DNA from: Escherichia coli
GTDB lineage: Bacteria > Pseudomonadota > Gammaproteobacteria > Enterobacterales > Enterobacteriaceae
DNA: 64,000 nt
Reading direction: 5' to 3' (one strand)
Assembly: GCF_045037415.1 (NCBI RefSeq)
Contig: NZ_CP173438.1
The notes under the pieces are model-generated. The model saw only the letters and a list, made by a program, of their open reading frames with translations. It did no database searches and was not told the DNA's origin. This document shows, piece after piece, positions 21,834 through 33,968 of this stretch. Position 1 is the first letter of the stretch. Every line of letters begins with the position of its first letter. The position numbers and the translations under genes were made by a program.

Positions 21834-22997
21834 TTAGCGGGCGGCTTCGTATATACGGCGGCTGACATCCAGCGTAATGTCATGATTTTCGCCCAGTTGG
21901 GTCATGCCGTGCTCTTCCAGTTTTTTCAGCAAAGCCGGGATGGAGCTGCCGTCCAGACCGTAGTCGGAGAGGTGGGTCAGCACGCCTAATTGCTCAAAGA
22001 AATTGCGGGTTGCGGCAATCGCGGCGTCAATACGCTCATCGTCTGAACCTTCAGTGATGTTCCAGACGCGTTCAGCATATTGCAGCAGCTTAGCGCGCTT
22101 GGTATCGCGTTTTTCATTCCACAGTGCAGGCAGGACGATAGCCAGTGTTTGCGCGTGATCCAGACCGTGCATCGCAGTCAGTTCGTGGCCCAGCATATGC
22201 GTTGCCCAGTCCTGCGGTACGCCAGCGCCGATCAAACCGTTCAGCGCCTGAGTCGCCGCCCACATGACGTTGGCGCGCACATCGTAGTTTTCTGGCTCTT
22301 TCAGGGCTTTCGGACCATCTTCGATCAGCGTCAGCAAAATGCCTTCTGCGAAACGGTCCTGAATTTTGGCATCAACCGGTTTGGTAACATACTGTTCCAC
22401 GGTGTGTACAAAGGCGTCCACTACGCCGTTAGCCACCTGACGCGGCGGCAGGGTGTAGGTATAAACCGGATCGAGCACGGCAAATACGGGCTGAACATGG
22501 GCAGAATGGAACGCCTGCTTGTCGCCTGTGGTTTTACGGGAGATCACCGCGCCTGCGTTGGATTCTGAACCGGTTGCTGGCAGCGTCAGCACACAGCCCA
22601 TCGGGATGGCGCTTTTAATCTCTTTACCGCCCGTTTGCAGAATGTGCCACGGATCGATATTTTCCGGATAGTTAGCCGCTGCGGCGATAAATTTGGTGCC
22701 GTCCAGTACAGAACCGCCGCCAACCGCCAGCAGGAACGTCACTTTCTGTTCGCGAACCAGTTTCACGGCGTTCATCAGCGTTTCATAAGCCGGGTTTGGT
22801 TCAATACCGCCAAATTCCAGTACGTCCATGCCTTTCAGGGCATCCAGAACTTGATCGAGAACGCCGGTTTTTTTCACGCTGCCGCCGCCGTAGGTAATCA
22901 ATACGCGAGCATCGTGAGGAATTTGTTCGCGTAAACCAGCGATTGCGCCTTTACCAAACAGAATGCGGGTTGGGGTGTGCAGATTAAAGTTGTTCAT
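21834..22997 (-). CDS. yqhD: NADPH-dependent aldehyde reductase (iron-containing ADH family)
   Basis: Track ORF 21834..23021; preferred start is ATG at 22997 ([22 protein letters not shown]...), giving 387 aa. Confidence 0.95.
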   Translation of the reverse strand: MNNFNLHTPTRILFGKGAIAGLREQIPHDARVLITYGGGSVKKTGVLDQVLDALKGMDVLEFGGIEPNPAYETLMNAVKLVREQKVTFLLAVGGGSVLDGTKFIAAAANYPENIDPWHILQTGGKEIKSAIPMGCVLTLPATGSESNAGAVISRKTTGDKQAFHSAHVQPVFAVLDPVYTYTLPPRQVANGVVDAFVHTVEQYVTKPVDAKIQDRFAEGILLTLIEDGPKALKEPENYDVRANVMWAATQALNGLIGAGVPQDWATHMLGHELTAMHGLDHAQTLAIVLPALWNEKRDTKRAKLLQYAERVWNITEGSDDERIDAAIAATRNFFEQLGVLTHLSDYGLDGSSIPALLKKLEEHGMTQLGENHDITLDVSRRIYEAAR

Positions 22998-23133
22998 TAC
23001 TTGCTCCCTTTGCTGGGTCAATATGAGGGCAGAGATCGGTCTGCCTGATGTTTTTCATTGTGGTCGCCAGCGCCGTACCTCTCAATGCTCATTTCTGCCA
23101 ATGTCTTGCCTATTTCTCCAGAGTGCTGGAGAA
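22998..23133. promoter_or_regulatory. Divergent yqhD / yqhC promoter region
   Basis: Intergenic gap between divergent genes; contains inverted repeats (GGCAGA-N6-TCTGCC at ~23025-23042, TCTCCAG-AGTG-CTGGAGA at 23115-23132). No binding sites verified. Confidence 0.5.
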
Positions 23134-24090
23134 ATGCTACAAAATTGCGCACAATCAAATTGCCGCATTATTCCTAAGAAATTACGCGATATGAAACGTG
23201 AAGAGATTTGCCGCTTGCTGGCGGATAAAGTTAATAAACTGAAAAATAAAGAAAATAGTTTGTCAGAGCTGTTGCCCGATGTGCGTTTGTTGTATGGCGA
23301 GACGCCTTTCGCACGCACACCGGTGATGTACGAGCCTGGCATCATAATTCTCTTTTCCGGGCATAAAATCGGTTATATCAATGAACGCGTGTTTCGTTAT
23401 GATGCCAATGAATACCTGCTGCTGACGGTGCCGTTGCCGTTTGAGTGCGAAACCTATGCCACGTCAGAGGTGCCGCTGGCAGGGTTGCGTCTCAATGTCG
23501 ATATTTTGCAGTTACAGGAACTGTTGATGGACATTGGCGAAGATGAGCATTTCCAGCCGTCGATGGCAGCCAGCGGGATTAACTCTGCCACGTTATCAGA
23601 AGAGATTTTATGCGTGGCGGAGCGGTTACTCGACGTGATGGAGCGACCGCTGGATGCGCGTATTCTCGGCAAACAGATCATCCGCGAAATTCTGTACTAC
23701 GTGCTGACCGGACCTTGCGGCGGCGCGTTACTGGCACTGGTCAGCCGCCAGACTCACTTCAGCCTGATTAGTCGCGTGCTGAAACGGATTGAGAATAAAT
23801 ACACCGAAAACCTGAGCGTCGAGCAACTGGCGGCAGAAGCCAACATGAGCGTATCGGCGTTCCACCATAATTTTAAGTCTGTCACCAGCACCTCGCCGTT
23901 GCAGTATTTGAAGAATTACCGTCTGCATAAGGCGCGGATGATGATCATCCACGACGGCATGAAGGCCAGCGCGGCGGCGATGCGCGTCGGCTATGAAAGC
24001 GCATCGCAATTTAGCCGTGAGTTTAAACGTTACTTCGGTGTGACGCCGGGGGAAGATGCGGCAAGAATGCGGGCGATGCAGGGGAATTAA
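23134..24090 (+). CDS. yqhC: AraC-family transcriptional activator of yqhD-dkgA
   Basis: Track ORF 22963..24090; preferred start ATG at 23134 (MLQNCAQSN...), 318 aa with a C-terminal AraC HTH. Confidence 0.9.
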   Translation: MLQNCAQSNCRIIPKKLRDMKREEICRLLADKVNKLKNKENSLSELLPDVRLLYGETPFARTPVMYEPGIIILFSGHKIGYINERVFRYDANEYLLLTVPLPFECETYATSEVPLAGLRLNVDILQLQELLMDIGEDEHFQPSMAASGINSATLSEEILCVAERLLDVMERPLDARILGKQIIREILYYVLTGPCGGALLALVSRQTHFSLISRVLKRIENKYTENLSVEQLAAEANMSVSAFHHNFKSVTSTSPLQYLKNYRLHKARMMIIHDGMKASAAAMRVGYESASQFSREFKRYFGVTPGEDAARMRAMQGN

Positions 24091-24129
24091 ATACGTTCCC
24101 GGTACAGCAACCGGGAACGGGGAAAATCG

Positions 24130-24789
24130 TCAGGCGTTACAGTATTTTTTTTTAATCACCACAAACAGCGTGCCCAACAAGCCAGCGGTTAACAAGGCAA
24201 TTGGCAGGATCATCAGGAACGTCATTACCTGATCTTCATGTCGTTTAACGAACGGAATCATACTTAAGGCATAGCCGAAACTGGTTACCACGCTGACCCA
24301 CAGCAATCCGCTTAACCAGTTGAAAAACTGGAAGCGGCGGTTTGGCAGACCGGAAATTCCCGCCATGGTTGGCAGCAGCGTACGGACAAATGCAAGAAAA
24401 CGTCCAGCCAGCAGCGCCAGCAGACCGTGGCGGTCAAACATGCAGGTGGCGCGCTGGTGATATTTAGCAGGAAGCTGTGCCAGCCAGCCTTTCACCGTTT
24501 TGGTATTCCCTAACCAGCGCCCCTGAATATAACTTAGCCAGCAGCCCAGACTTGCTGCGGCGGTCAGAATCGCAATCGTAGGCAGAAAATCCATAACCCC
24601 CTGGGCAATCAATGCGCCTGCCAGTATCAACAAGCTGTCGCCTGGCAAAAATGAGGCGGGCAGCAAGCCGTTTTCTAAAAACAGCGTGGCAAACATAACA
24701 AAGTAAACAACGCTAACAATATGAGGGTCCGCCAGCGCGGCAAAGTCGTGTTGCCAGAGCGCAGCGATGATATCTTGAATAACAGCCAT
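24130..24789 (-). CDS. yghB: DedA-family inner membrane protein YghB
   Basis: 219-aa [26 protein letters not shown]... typical of DedA/YghB. Confidence 0.9.
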
Positions 24790-24928
24790 GGACTTTCCTG
24801 TGGAACAGCGTTTAAGCCTTTATCTGCCTATTGTACTCCTGAATCGTCCGGGACGCCTTGATCCCGGACGCAACAATTTAAGACTTTTCACAATAAAATG
24901 TCTGCAAAATTGTCCAAAAGTGGCAATG

Positions 24929-26116
24929 TTATACAATTCGCGCAAAACCGGCGTCCAGATCGGCAATCAGATCGTCGACATCTTCCAGACCAATATGCAG
25001 GCGAATCAAGGTCCCGCTAAAATCGATCTTGCCTTGTGGGCGAATGGCGGCGATATGTTCTGGTTGATTTGCCAGGATCAACGATTCATACCCGCCCCAC
25101 GAGTAGGCCATGCTGAATAAACTGAAGTTATCCAGATAGTTCGCCAGCTCTTCATCATTGAGTTTTTTCTTAAGCACAAAGGAAAATAGCCCGCTGCTGC
25201 CTGTAAAGTCTCGTTTCCAGAATTCGTGGCCTTTACTGCCAGGCAGAGCAGGGTGGTTAACTCGCGCTACTTGGGGATGTTCTGCCAGCCATTCAGCCAC
25301 TTTCAGACTGCTTTCATGATGTTGGCGCAAACGCACACCTAATGTGCGCAGGCCACGGCTGGTTATATAGGCGGTATCGGCATCGACCATCTGGCCCATC
25401 AGATAGGCATTCTCTCGCAGCTGCTCCCAGCAACGGGCATTGCACACCGCAGTGCCAATCATCGCATCTGAATGCCCAACCAGATATTTGGTGGCGGCCT
25501 GAATAGAAACATCGATGCCAAAATCCAGCGCCTTAAACAGCACACCGGCTGCCCAGGTGTTGTCGATCATAATGATGGCATCCGGGACCACACTGCGTAC
25601 GGCGGCAACAATCGCCGGAACATCGTGGACTTCCATGGTGATGGAACCTGGCGATTCCAGAAACACGATTTTAGTGTTTGGCTGCAGATGCTTAACGATA
25701 TCGGCACCAATCAGCGGATCAAACCACGATGTCGTTACGCCCAGTTTGCTGAGGATTTTGCTACAGAAATCCTGACTCGGTTCATAGGCGGTGTTGGTCA
25801 TCAACACATGATCGCCCTGTTCGACAAAAGCAAGAATGGAATTAGCAACCGCTGCCGCCCCGCAGGGAAATAGCACACAGCCTGCGCCACCTTCCAGTTC
25901 ACACATCGCTTGTTGTAAGGAGAAATGGGTTAACGTTCCACGCCGTCCATAGAACAACTCGCCATTGGCGCGATTACGTGTCGCGTGTTTTTTGGCTTCT
26001 ACACTGTCAAAGACCAGCGAAGACGCGCGCTGAATCACGCTATTTACCGCACCGAGCGTGTATTTTTTGCTGCGTCCTGCATTCACCAGTTGAGTATCAA
26101 GCTTTTTGTCCGCCAT
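24929..26116 (-). CDS. metC: Cystathionine beta-lyase (PLP-dependent)
   Basis: Track ORF 24929..26251; preferred start ATG at 26116 ([19 protein letters not shown]...), 395 aa. Confidence 0.95.
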   Translation of the reverse strand: MADKKLDTQLVNAGRSKKYTLGAVNSVIQRASSLVFDSVEAKKHATRNRANGELFYGRRGTLTHFSLQQAMCELEGGAGCVLFPCGAAAVANSILAFVEQGDHVLMTNTAYEPSQDFCSKILSKLGVTTSWFDPLIGADIVKHLQPNTKIVFLESPGSITMEVHDVPAIVAAVRSVVPDAIIMIDNTWAAGVLFKALDFGIDVSIQAATKYLVGHSDAMIGTAVCNARCWEQLRENAYLMGQMVDADTAYITSRGLRTLGVRLRQHHESSLKVAEWLAEHPQVARVNHPALPGSKGHEFWKRDFTGSSGLFSFVLKKKLNDEELANYLDNFSLFSMAYSWGGYESLILANQPEHIAAIRPQGKIDFSGTLIRLHIGLEDVDDLIADLDAGFARIV

Positions 26117-26367
26117 GTCGGGATTCCTGTTTTTATACGTCTGGATGTCTAAACTAGCATGAATATTCGCGGGCGCATCCTGAAGAATTGGCATAAAGCA
26201 GAAAATTTTCGCAAATGGCGTGCTGGTTACTTTTTTACTGCGTAAACGCAAGGAAAAGAAAGCAAAGGTACGGCAGTATGCAAATAGTAATGAGAACGAC
26301 TATCAATTCGACGTCGTTTTGATATTATTATGCACAGATTTTGTGACTTGCGTCCTGGAGATACACA

Positions 26368-27102
26368 GTGGGTAATAATTTAATGCAGACGGACCTCTCC
26401 GTCTGGGGTATGTATCAGCACGCCGATATTGTCGTTAAGTGCGTGATGATTGGGCTTATTTTGGCCTCCGTAGTCACCTGGGCAATCTTCTTCAGTAAGA
26501 GCGTGGAGTTCTTCAATCAGAAGCGTCGTCTTAAGCGCGAGCAGCAACTGCTGGCTGAAGCGCGTTCCTTAAACCAGGCCAACGATATCGCCGCTGATTT
26601 TGGTAGCAAAAGCTTGAGCCTGCATTTGCTCAATGAAGCGCAGAATGAGCTGGAACTGTCAGAAGGCAGCGACGATAACGAAGGTATTAAAGAACGTACC
26701 AGCTTCCGTCTGGAGCGTCGGGTCGCCGCAGTAGGTCGTCAAATGGGCCGTGGTAACGGCTATCTGGCAACCATCGGCGCGATTTCGCCGTTCGTTGGTC
26801 TGTTTGGTACGGTCTGGGGCATCATGAACAGCTTTATTGGTATCGCGCAAACGCAGACCACTAACCTGGCAGTCGTTGCGCCGGGTATTGCAGAAGCTCT
26901 GTTAGCAACGGCAATCGGCCTCGTGGCAGCGATTCCTGCGGTCGTTATCTATAACGTATTTGCACGCCAGATTGGCGGCTTTAAAGCGATGCTGGGTGAT
27001 GTTGCAGCGCAGGTATTGTTGCTGCAAAGCCGTGACCTGGATCTGGAAGCCAGCGCCGCTGCGCATCCGGTTCGTGTCGCACAAAAATTACGTGCAGGAT
27101 AA
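26368..27102 (+). CDS. exbB: Ton system proton-motive-force component ExbB
   Basis: 244-aa ORF MGNNLMQTDLSVWGMYQHADIVVK..., MotA/TolQ/ExbB family. Confidence 0.96.
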   Translation: MGNNLMQTDLSVWGMYQHADIVVKCVMIGLILASVVTWAIFFSKSVEFFNQKRRLKREQQLLAEARSLNQANDIAADFGSKSLSLHLLNEAQNELELSEGSDDNEGIKERTSFRLERRVAAVGRQMGRGNGYLATIGAISPFVGLFGTVWGIMNSFIGIAQTQTTNLAVVAPGIAEALLATAIGLVAAIPAVVIYNVFARQIGGFKAMLGDVAAQVLLLQSRDLDLEASAAAHPVRVAQKLRAG

Positions 27103-27108
27103 TGTCCG

Positions 27109-27534
27109 ATGGCGATGCATCTTAACGAAAACCTCGACGATAACGGCGAAATGCATGATATCAACGTGACGCCGTTTATCGACGTGATGTTGGTTTTGCT
27201 GATTATCTTTATGGTGGCGGCACCGTTAGCGACGGTAGATGTGAAGGTGAATTTGCCTGCTTCTACCAGCACGCCGCAGCCGCGCCCGGAAAAACCGGTT
27301 TATCTGTCGGTGAAAGCAGACAACTCGATGTTTATTGGTAACGATCCGGTCACCGATGAAACAATGATTACGGCGTTGAATGCGTTAACCGAAGGCAAGA
27401 AAGACACCACCATCTTCTTCCGTGCGGATAAAACTGTCGATTACGAGACGTTGATGAAGGTAATGGATACGCTGCATCAGGCGGGTTACCTGAAAATAGG
27501 TCTGGTCGGCGAAGAAACTGCGAAAGCGAAATAA
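27109..27534 (+). CDS. exbD: Ton system component ExbD
   Basis: 141-aa ORF MAMHLNENLDDNGEMHDINVTPFIDVMLVLLIIFMVAAP... Confidence 0.96.
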   Translation: MAMHLNENLDDNGEMHDINVTPFIDVMLVLLIIFMVAAPLATVDVKVNLPASTSTPQPRPEKPVYLSVKADNSMFIGNDPVTDETMITALNALTEGKKDTTIFFRADKTVDYETLMKVMDTLHQAGYLKIGLVGEETAKAK

Positions 27535-27539
27535 AAATG

Positions 27540-27574
27540 ATGCCCGGTTGCTTTTCACAACCGGGCATTTTTTT
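27540..27574. terminator. Bidirectional rho-independent terminator between exbD and yghA
   Basis: GCCCGGTTG-CTTTTCA-CAACCGGGC followed by a T-run; the minus-strand yghA stop abuts it. Confidence 0.8.
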
Positions 27575-28457
27575 AACCTAAATGCTCGCCGCCGCAGACA
27601 CCGTGCACTTCTGCGGTGACGTAGCTCGACTCCTGACTTGCCAGGTAAACATATACAGGGGCCAGCTCCGCCGGTTGCCCCGCACGCTTCATCGGCGTTT
27701 TCTGACCAAACTGCGGGATCTTATCCTGCGTTTGTCCGCCAGAAATTTGCAGTGCTGTCCAGATCGGGCCTGGCGCGACAATATTCACCCGAATACCTTT
27801 CTCCGCGACCTGTTTTGCCAGGCCACGGCTGTAGTTCAGAATTGCCGCCTTCGTAGCCGCATAGTCCAGTAAATGCGGGCTTGGCTGGTATGCCTGGATT
27901 GAGGAAGTGGTGATGATACTTGCACCTTTCGGTAGCAGGGGGATCGCTTCCTGGGTTAGCCAGAACAACGCGAAAACGTTAATGGCAAAGGTCTTTTGAA
28001 ACTGTTCGCTGGTGAGGTCTGCAATATCAGGAATGGCAACCTGTTTCCCGGCTACCAGCGCCATAATATCCAGCCCGCCTAACGCCTTGTGTGCTTCGTG
28101 AACCAGCGAACGGGCGAATTTCTCATCGCTTAAATCGCCTGGCAGCAGAACGGCTTTGCGTCCGCATTCTTCAATGATCTTTTTCACATCCTGAGCGTCT
28201 TCTTCTTCCACGGGAAGATAACTGATCGCCACGTCAGCCCCTTCACGCGCGTAAGCAATGGCGGCAGCGCGACCGATTCCGGAATCGCCCCCTGTCACCA
28301 GTGCTTTACGATCTTTCAGGCGACCGCTACCAACATAGGTTTTCTCGCCGCAATCCGGTACCGGTGTCATCTTCGCCTGGATGCCTGGCGTCGGTTGTTT
28401 CTGTTTGGGATATTCACCAGTGTAATACTGCGTGGTCGGGTCTTTTAAATGAGACAT
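27573..28457 (-). CDS. yghA: SDR-family NADP-dependent oxidoreductase YghA
   Basis: 294-aa ORF with Rossmann TGGDSGIGR and the SDR catalytic region. Confidence 0.9.
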   Translation of the reverse strand: MSHLKDPTTQYYTGEYPKQKQPTPGIQAKMTPVPDCGEKTYVGSGRLKDRKALVTGGDSGIGRAAAIAYAREGADVAISYLPVEEEDAQDVKKIIEECGRKAVLLPGDLSDEKFARSLVHEAHKALGGLDIMALVAGKQVAIPDIADLTSEQFQKTFAINVFALFWLTQEAIPLLPKGASIITTSSIQAYQPSPHLLDYAATKAAILNYSRGLAKQVAEKGIRVNIVAPGPIWTALQISGGQTQDKIPQFGQKTPMKRAGQPAELAPVYVYLASQESSYVTAEVHGVCGGEHLG

Positions 28458-28578
28458 CGTTTTTCTCCCTTCAGGTTCAACGTCCTTTAAGGGTAGACGC
28501 TCTCGATGCGTTGATAAGGGAACCAGGAAGATCCCTAACCCTCAGAATTATGCGACAAAGGTTTAACGTATATGTTGA

Positions 28579-29142
<564 letters not shown>

Positions 29143-29181
29143 TCTGATTCGGGCGCGGTTCTCGCGCCCGTTATTAACAGG

Positions 29182-30222
29182 TCATTTATCGGAAGACGCC
29201 TGCCACAAATTCAGCTCTCCATCGGCGATATGCTGATCAATCTGCGCCAGCTCCTCGGTGCTAAATGTCAGATTATTCAGCGCCTGCACGTTCTCCTCAA
29301 GTTGCTCCGCGCGGCTGGCACCAATCAATACCGACGTCACGCGATCATCTTTCAGCAACCAGCTTAACGCCATTTGCGCCATTGATTGTCCACGCTGCTG
29401 TGCCATTTCATTCAATAACCGCAGGCTGTTGAGGTTGGCTTCGGTGAGCATTTTCGGCGTCAGACCACGAACTTTATTCCCTTCACGATGCATCCGTGAA
29501 TCTTGCGGAATACCGTTGAGATATTTTCCGGTCAGCAATCCCTGTGCCAGTGGAGTAAAGGCAATGCAGCCCACGCCGTTATTTTGCAGGGTATCCAGCA
29601 GGCCGCTTTTATCCACCCAGCGGTTCAGTAAATTGTACGAAGGTTGATGAATTAACAGCGGAATTTTCCACTCGCGCAGCAACTCGACCATTTTTTGCGT
29701 CCGCTCTGGCGAGTAAGAGGAGATCCCGACATACAGCGCCTTACCGCTTTGTACAGCATGAGCCAGCGCAGAGGCGGTTTCTTCCATCGGCGTATTTTCA
29801 TCGACGCGATGAGAGTAAAAGATATCGACATACTCAAGCCCCATACGCTTCAGGCTTTGGTCGAGGCTGGCGAGCAGGTATTTACGTGAGCCGCCAGAGC
29901 CGTATGGGCCGGGCCACATATCGTATCCGGCTTTGGTAGAGATAATCAGTTCATCGCGATAAGCGGCAAAATCCTCGCGCAGCAGGCGACCAAAGTTCTC
30001 TTCTGCGCTTCCTGGAGGCGGCCCGTAGTTGTTGGCTAAATCAAAGTGCGTAATGCCTAAATCAAACGCTTTACGCAGGATCGCACGCTGTGATTCCAGC
30101 GCGTTAACGTGACCGAAATTGTGCCATAAACCGAGCGATAACGCGGGCAGGCGTAAACCACTTTTTCCGCAATAGCGGTACTGCATCTGCCCGTAACGTT
30201 CGGGATTCGCTAACCAGACCAT
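29182..30222 (-). CDS. gpr: L-glyceraldehyde 3-phosphate reductase (aldo-keto reductase, YghZ)
   Basis: 346-aa ORF MVWLANPERYGQMQYRYCGKSGLRLPALSLGLW... Confidence 0.93.
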   Translation of the reverse strand: MVWLANPERYGQMQYRYCGKSGLRLPALSLGLWHNFGHVNALESQRAILRKAFDLGITHFDLANNYGPPPGSAEENFGRLLREDFAAYRDELIISTKAGYDMWPGPYGSGGSRKYLLASLDQSLKRMGLEYVDIFYSHRVDENTPMEETASALAHAVQSGKALYVGISSYSPERTQKMVELLREWKIPLLIHQPSYNLLNRWVDKSGLLDTLQNNGVGCIAFTPLAQGLLTGKYLNGIPQDSRMHREGNKVRGLTPKMLTEANLNSLRLLNEMAQQRGQSMAQMALSWLLKDDRVTSVLIGASRAEQLEENVQALNNLTFSTEELAQIDQHIADGELNLWQASSDK

Positions 30223-30378
30223 GACCTCTCCTTTCCATCGTTCAATTTCGAAACAATGTTTCTAGTTTAGCGATTCGCCAGCGCGTATCCCGTAGTCTGG
30301 CTCACAGAGTGACGAAAAACTGGGCAAAAACACGCGCTTATGCTTTGCTTAAAAAAACACCAGTTGAGGAGTGCAACG

Positions 30379-31266
30379 ATGCCGCGTTTAACCGCCAAAG
30401 ATTTCCCACAAGAGTTGCTGGATTACTACGACTATTACGCTCACGGGAAAATCTCGAAACGTGAGTTCCTCAACCTTGCGGCGAAGTATGCGGTGGGCGG
30501 GATGACGGCATTAGCGCTGTTTGATTTGCTCAAGTCAAATTATGCGTTGGCGACTCAGGTAGAGTTTACCGACCCGGAAATTGTTGCTGAGTACATCACG
30601 TATCCCTCGCCAAATGGTCACGGCGAGGTACGGGGTTATCTGGTGAAGCCCGCAAAAATGAGCGGCAAAACGCCAGCCGTGGTAGTGGTGCATGAGAATC
30701 GAGGGCTGAATCCGTATATCGAAGATGTGACGCGGCGAGTGGCGAAGGCTGGGTACATCGCCCTGGCGCCAGACGGTTTAAGCTCAGTAGGTGGCTATCC
30801 TGGTAACGATGATAAAGGCCGCGAACTGCAACAGCAGGTTGATCCAACCAAACTGATGAATGATTTCTTTGCCGCAATTGAGTTTATGCAACGCTATCCG
30901 CAAGCGACAGGCAAAGTGGGTATTAGCGGATTTTGCTATGGCGGGGGCGTATCGAACGCGGCAGCAGTCGCGTATCCGGAACTGGCCTGCGCGGTGCCGT
31001 TTTATGGGCGTCAGGCACCCACTGCCGATGTGGCGAAGATTGAAGCGCCTTTACTGCTCCACTACGCTGAACTGGATAGCCGAATCAACGAGGGCTGGCC
31101 CGCTTACGAGGCGGCGTTGAAAGCCAATAATAAGGTCTATGAGGCGTATATATATCCGGGGGTTAATCACGGATTCCATAATGATTCCACGCCCCGTTAT
31201 GACAAATCTGCCGCCGATCTTGCCTGGCAAAGGACGCTGAAATGGTTCGATAAATATCTCTCCTGA
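30379..31266 (+). CDS. yghX: Dienelactone-hydrolase-family protein YghX, apparently intact
   Basis: Track ORF 30340..31266; preferred start ATG at 30379 (MPRLTAKDF...) preceded by GAGGA. Continuous ~295-aa alpha/beta hydrolase with nucleophile elbow GFCYGG. Confidence 0.8.
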   Translation: MPRLTAKDFPQELLDYYDYYAHGKISKREFLNLAAKYAVGGMTALALFDLLKSNYALATQVEFTDPEIVAEYITYPSPNGHGEVRGYLVKPAKMSGKTPAVVVVHENRGLNPYIEDVTRRVAKAGYIALAPDGLSSVGGYPGNDDKGRELQQQVDPTKLMNDFFAAIEFMQRYPQATGKVGISGFCYGGGVSNAAAVAYPELACAVPFYGRQAPTADVAKIEAPLLLHYAELDSRINEGWPAYEAALKANNKVYEAYIYPGVNHGFHNDSTPRYDKSAADLAWQRTLKWFDKYLS

Positions 31267-31384
31267 TGGGTTTATCTCTTACAGGATTACGTCTTAAACA
31301 AGCATGAAAAAATAGCGTGCGCAAATGTCGTTCTTTGCCTAAAATATCGCTATATATGACAATATATAGCGAATGAGGTGAACG

Positions 31385-31672
31385 ATGAATAACCATTTTG
31401 GTAAAGGCTTAATGGCGGGATTAAAAGCAACGCATGCCGACAGTGCGGTTAATGTGACAAAATTCTGTGCCGATTATAAACGCGGTTTTGTATTAGGCTA
31501 CTCACACCGGATGTACGAAAAGACCGGAGATCGCCAGCTTAGCGCCTGGGAAGCGGGTATTCTGACGCGCCGTTATGGACTGGATAAAGAGATGGTAATG
31601 GATTTCTTTCGTGAGAATAATTCCTGTTCTACGTTGCGCTTTTTTATGGCCGGTTATCGCCTAGAAAATTGA
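31385..31672 (+). CDS. yghW: DUF2623 protein YghW
   Basis: 95-aa [30 protein letters not shown]... Confidence 0.8.
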
Positions 31673-31860
31673 TCAAACATACGTATTATCTTGCTTTAAT
31701 TAATTACACTAATGCTTCTTCCCTTCGTTTTAGTGCCCCGCCGCAGTATCATGATATCGATAACCATAATAAATGTGTGGTAAATGGCGCATCGATCGCA
31801 TTATTGATTTTGCGATTGAGGCAAAATATATGCCAGGTCTTCGCAACGGAATAACTATAA
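31673..31860 (+). promoter_or_regulatory. Region upstream of hybO (hyb operon promoter/leader)
   Basis: AT-rich non-coding stretch directly upstream of the first hyb gene; no individual sites mapped. Confidence 0.45.
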
Positions 31861-32979
31861 ATGACTGGAGATAACACCCTCATCCATTCTCACGGCATTA
31901 ACCGTCGTGATTTCATGAAGCTTTGTGCAGCATTAGCCGCCACCATGGGGTTAAGTAGCAAAGCCGCTGCAGAGATGGTCGAATCGGTTACTAACCCGCA
32001 GCGTCCGCCAGTTATCTGGATTGGCGCGCAGGAGTGCACCGGTTGTACGGAATCTCTGCTTCGTGCAACGCATCCAACGGTAGAAAACCTCGTGCTGGAG
32101 ACTATCTCTCTGGAGTATCACGAAGTGCTTTCCGCCGCCTTCGGTCATCAGGTCGAAGAGAACAAACATAACGCTCTCGAGAAGTACAAAGGGCAGTATG
32201 TGTTAGTGGTGGATGGTTCCATCCCATTAAAAGATAACGGTATTTATTGCATGGTTGCCGGTGAGCCGATTGTGGATCACATCCGCAAAGCGGCGGAAGG
32301 CGCAGCAGCCATTATCGCTATCGGTTCCTGCTCTGCGTGGGGCGGTGTTGCCGCAGCTGGAGTTAACCCAACTGGCGCAGTCAGCCTGCAAGAAGTTCTA
32401 CCGGGCAAAACCGTTATCAATATTCCTGGCTGCCCGCCGAACCCGCACAACTTCCTGGCGACCGTTGCGCACATCATCACTTACGGCAAACCGCCGAAAC
32501 TGGATGACAAAAACCGTCCGACTTTCGCCTATGGTCGTCTGATTCACGAACACTGTGAACGTCGCCCGCACTTCGATGCTGGTCGTTTTGCCAAAGAGTT
32601 CGGTGATGAAGGCCACCGCGAAGGCTGGTGCCTGTACCACCTCGGCTGTAAAGGGCCAGAAACTTACGGCAACTGCTCAACGCTGCAATTCTGCGATGTT
32701 GGCGGCGTGTGGCCGGTAGCGATTGGTCACCCGTGCTATGGCTGTAACGAAGAAGGTATCGGCTTCCATAAAGGCATCCATCAGCTTGCCAACGTCGAAA
32801 ACCAGACTCCGCGTTCACAGAAACCGGACGTTAACGCTAAAGAAGGCGGCAACGTCTCGGCAGGCGCTATTGGTTTGCTCGGCGGAGTGGTTGGGCTGGT
32901 TGCCGGTGTCAGCGTGATGGCGGTGCGTGAACTGGGTCGTCAGCAAAAGAAAGATAACGCTGACTCACGGGGAGAATAA
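31861..32979 (+). CDS. hybO: Hydrogenase 2 small subunit, Tat-exported
   Basis: 372-aa ORF with twin-arginine signal ([18 protein letters not shown]) and [NiFe]-hydrogenase small-subunit cysteine clusters. Confidence 0.96.
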   Translation: MTGDNTLIHSHGINRRDFMKLCAALAATMGLSSKAAAEMVESVTNPQRPPVIWIGAQECTGCTESLLRATHPTVENLVLETISLEYHEVLSAAFGHQVEENKHNALEKYKGQYVLVVDGSIPLKDNGIYCMVAGEPIVDHIRKAAEGAAAIIAIGSCSAWGGVAAAGVNPTGAVSLQEVLPGKTVINIPGCPPNPHNFLATVAHIITYGKPPKLDDKNRPTFAYGRLIHEHCERRPHFDAGRFAKEFGDEGHREGWCLYHLGCKGPETYGNCSTLQFCDVGGVWPVAIGHPCYGCNEEGIGFHKGIHQLANVENQTPRSQKPDVNAKEGGNVSAGAIGLLGGVVGLVAGVSVMAVRELGRQQKKDNADSRGE

Positions 32980-32981
32980 CC

Positions 32982-33968
32982 GTGAACAGACGTAATTTTA
33001 TTAAAGCAGCCTCCTGCGGGGCATTGCTGACGGGCGCGCTGCCGTCTGTCAGTCATGCGGCTGCTGAAAACCGCCCGCCAATTCCGGGATCGCTGGGGAT
33101 GTTGTACGACTCGACCTTGTGCGTAGGCTGTCAGGCTTGCGTCACCAAGTGTCAGGATATCAACTCCCCTGAACGTAACCCGCAAGGGGAACAGACCTGG
33201 TCGAACAACGACAAACTGTCGCCGTATACCAATAACATCATTCAGGTGTGGACCAGCGGCACAGGGGTCAACAAAGACCAGGAGGAGAATGGCTACGCGT
33301 ACATTAAGAAACAGTGTATGCACTGCGTCGATCCGAACTGTGTCTCTGTGTGCCCGGTCTCTGCGCTGAAAAAAGATCCGAAAACCGGCATTGTCCATTA
33401 CGACAAAGATGTGTGCACCGGCTGCCGTTACTGCATGGTCGCCTGCCCATACAACGTGCCGAAGTACGACTACAACAACCCGTTTGGTGCGCTGCATAAG
33501 TGCGAGTTGTGCAACCAGAAAGGTGTGGAACGTCTCGATAAAGGCGGTCTGCCTGGCTGCGTAGAAGTGTGCCCGGCGGGCGCGGTGATTTTTGGTACGC
33601 GTGAAGAGCTGATGGCGGAGGCGAAAAAACGTCTGGCGCTGAAGCCTGGCAGCGAATACCACTATCCGCGTCAGACGCTGAAATCTGGCGACACTTACCT
33701 GCATACGGTGCCGAAATATTATCCGCATCTGTACGGCGAGAAAGAGGGCGGCGGTACTCAGGTTCTGGTACTGACGGGTGTGCCTTATGAAAATCTCGAC
33801 CTGCCGAAACTGGACGATCTTTCTACCGGTGCGCGTTCCGAAAATATTCAACACACCCTGTATAAAGGCATGATGCTACCACTGGCTGTGCTGGCGGGCT
33901 TAACCGTGCTGGTTCGTCGCAACACCAAAAACGACCATCACGACGGAGGAGACGATCATGAGTCATGA
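32982..33968 (+). CDS. hybA: Hydrogenase 2 4Fe-4S ferredoxin-type subunit
   Basis: 328-aa ORF with Tat-like N-terminus and multiple CxxCxxCxxxCP ferredoxin motifs. Confidence 0.95.
   Translation: MNRRNFIKAASCGALLTGALPSVSHAAAENRPPIPGSLGMLYDSTLCVGCQACVTKCQDINSPERNPQGEQTWSNNDKLSPYTNNIIQVWTSGTGVNKDQEENGYAYIKKQCMHCVDPNCVSVCPVSALKKDPKTGIVHYDKDVCTGCRYCMVACPYNVPKYDYNNPFGALHKCELCNQKGVERLDKGGLPGCVEVCPAGAVIFGTREELMAEAKKRLALKPGSEYHYPRQTLKSGDTYLHTVPKYYPHLYGEKEGGGTQVLVLTGVPYENLDLPKLDDLSTGARSENIQHTLYKGMMLPLAVLAGLTVLVRRNTKNDHHDGGDDHES

Noticed and set aside
26252-26367. Fur box upstream of exbB
   Set aside because: exbB is iron-regulated in the literature, but I could not find a convincing match to the GATAATGATAATCATTATC consensus by eye (best candidate AATAGTAATGAGAACGA is weak), so no feature was called.
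32940-33854. 304-aa minus-strand ORF opposite hybA
   Set aside because: Antisense shadow ORF within the hyb operon.
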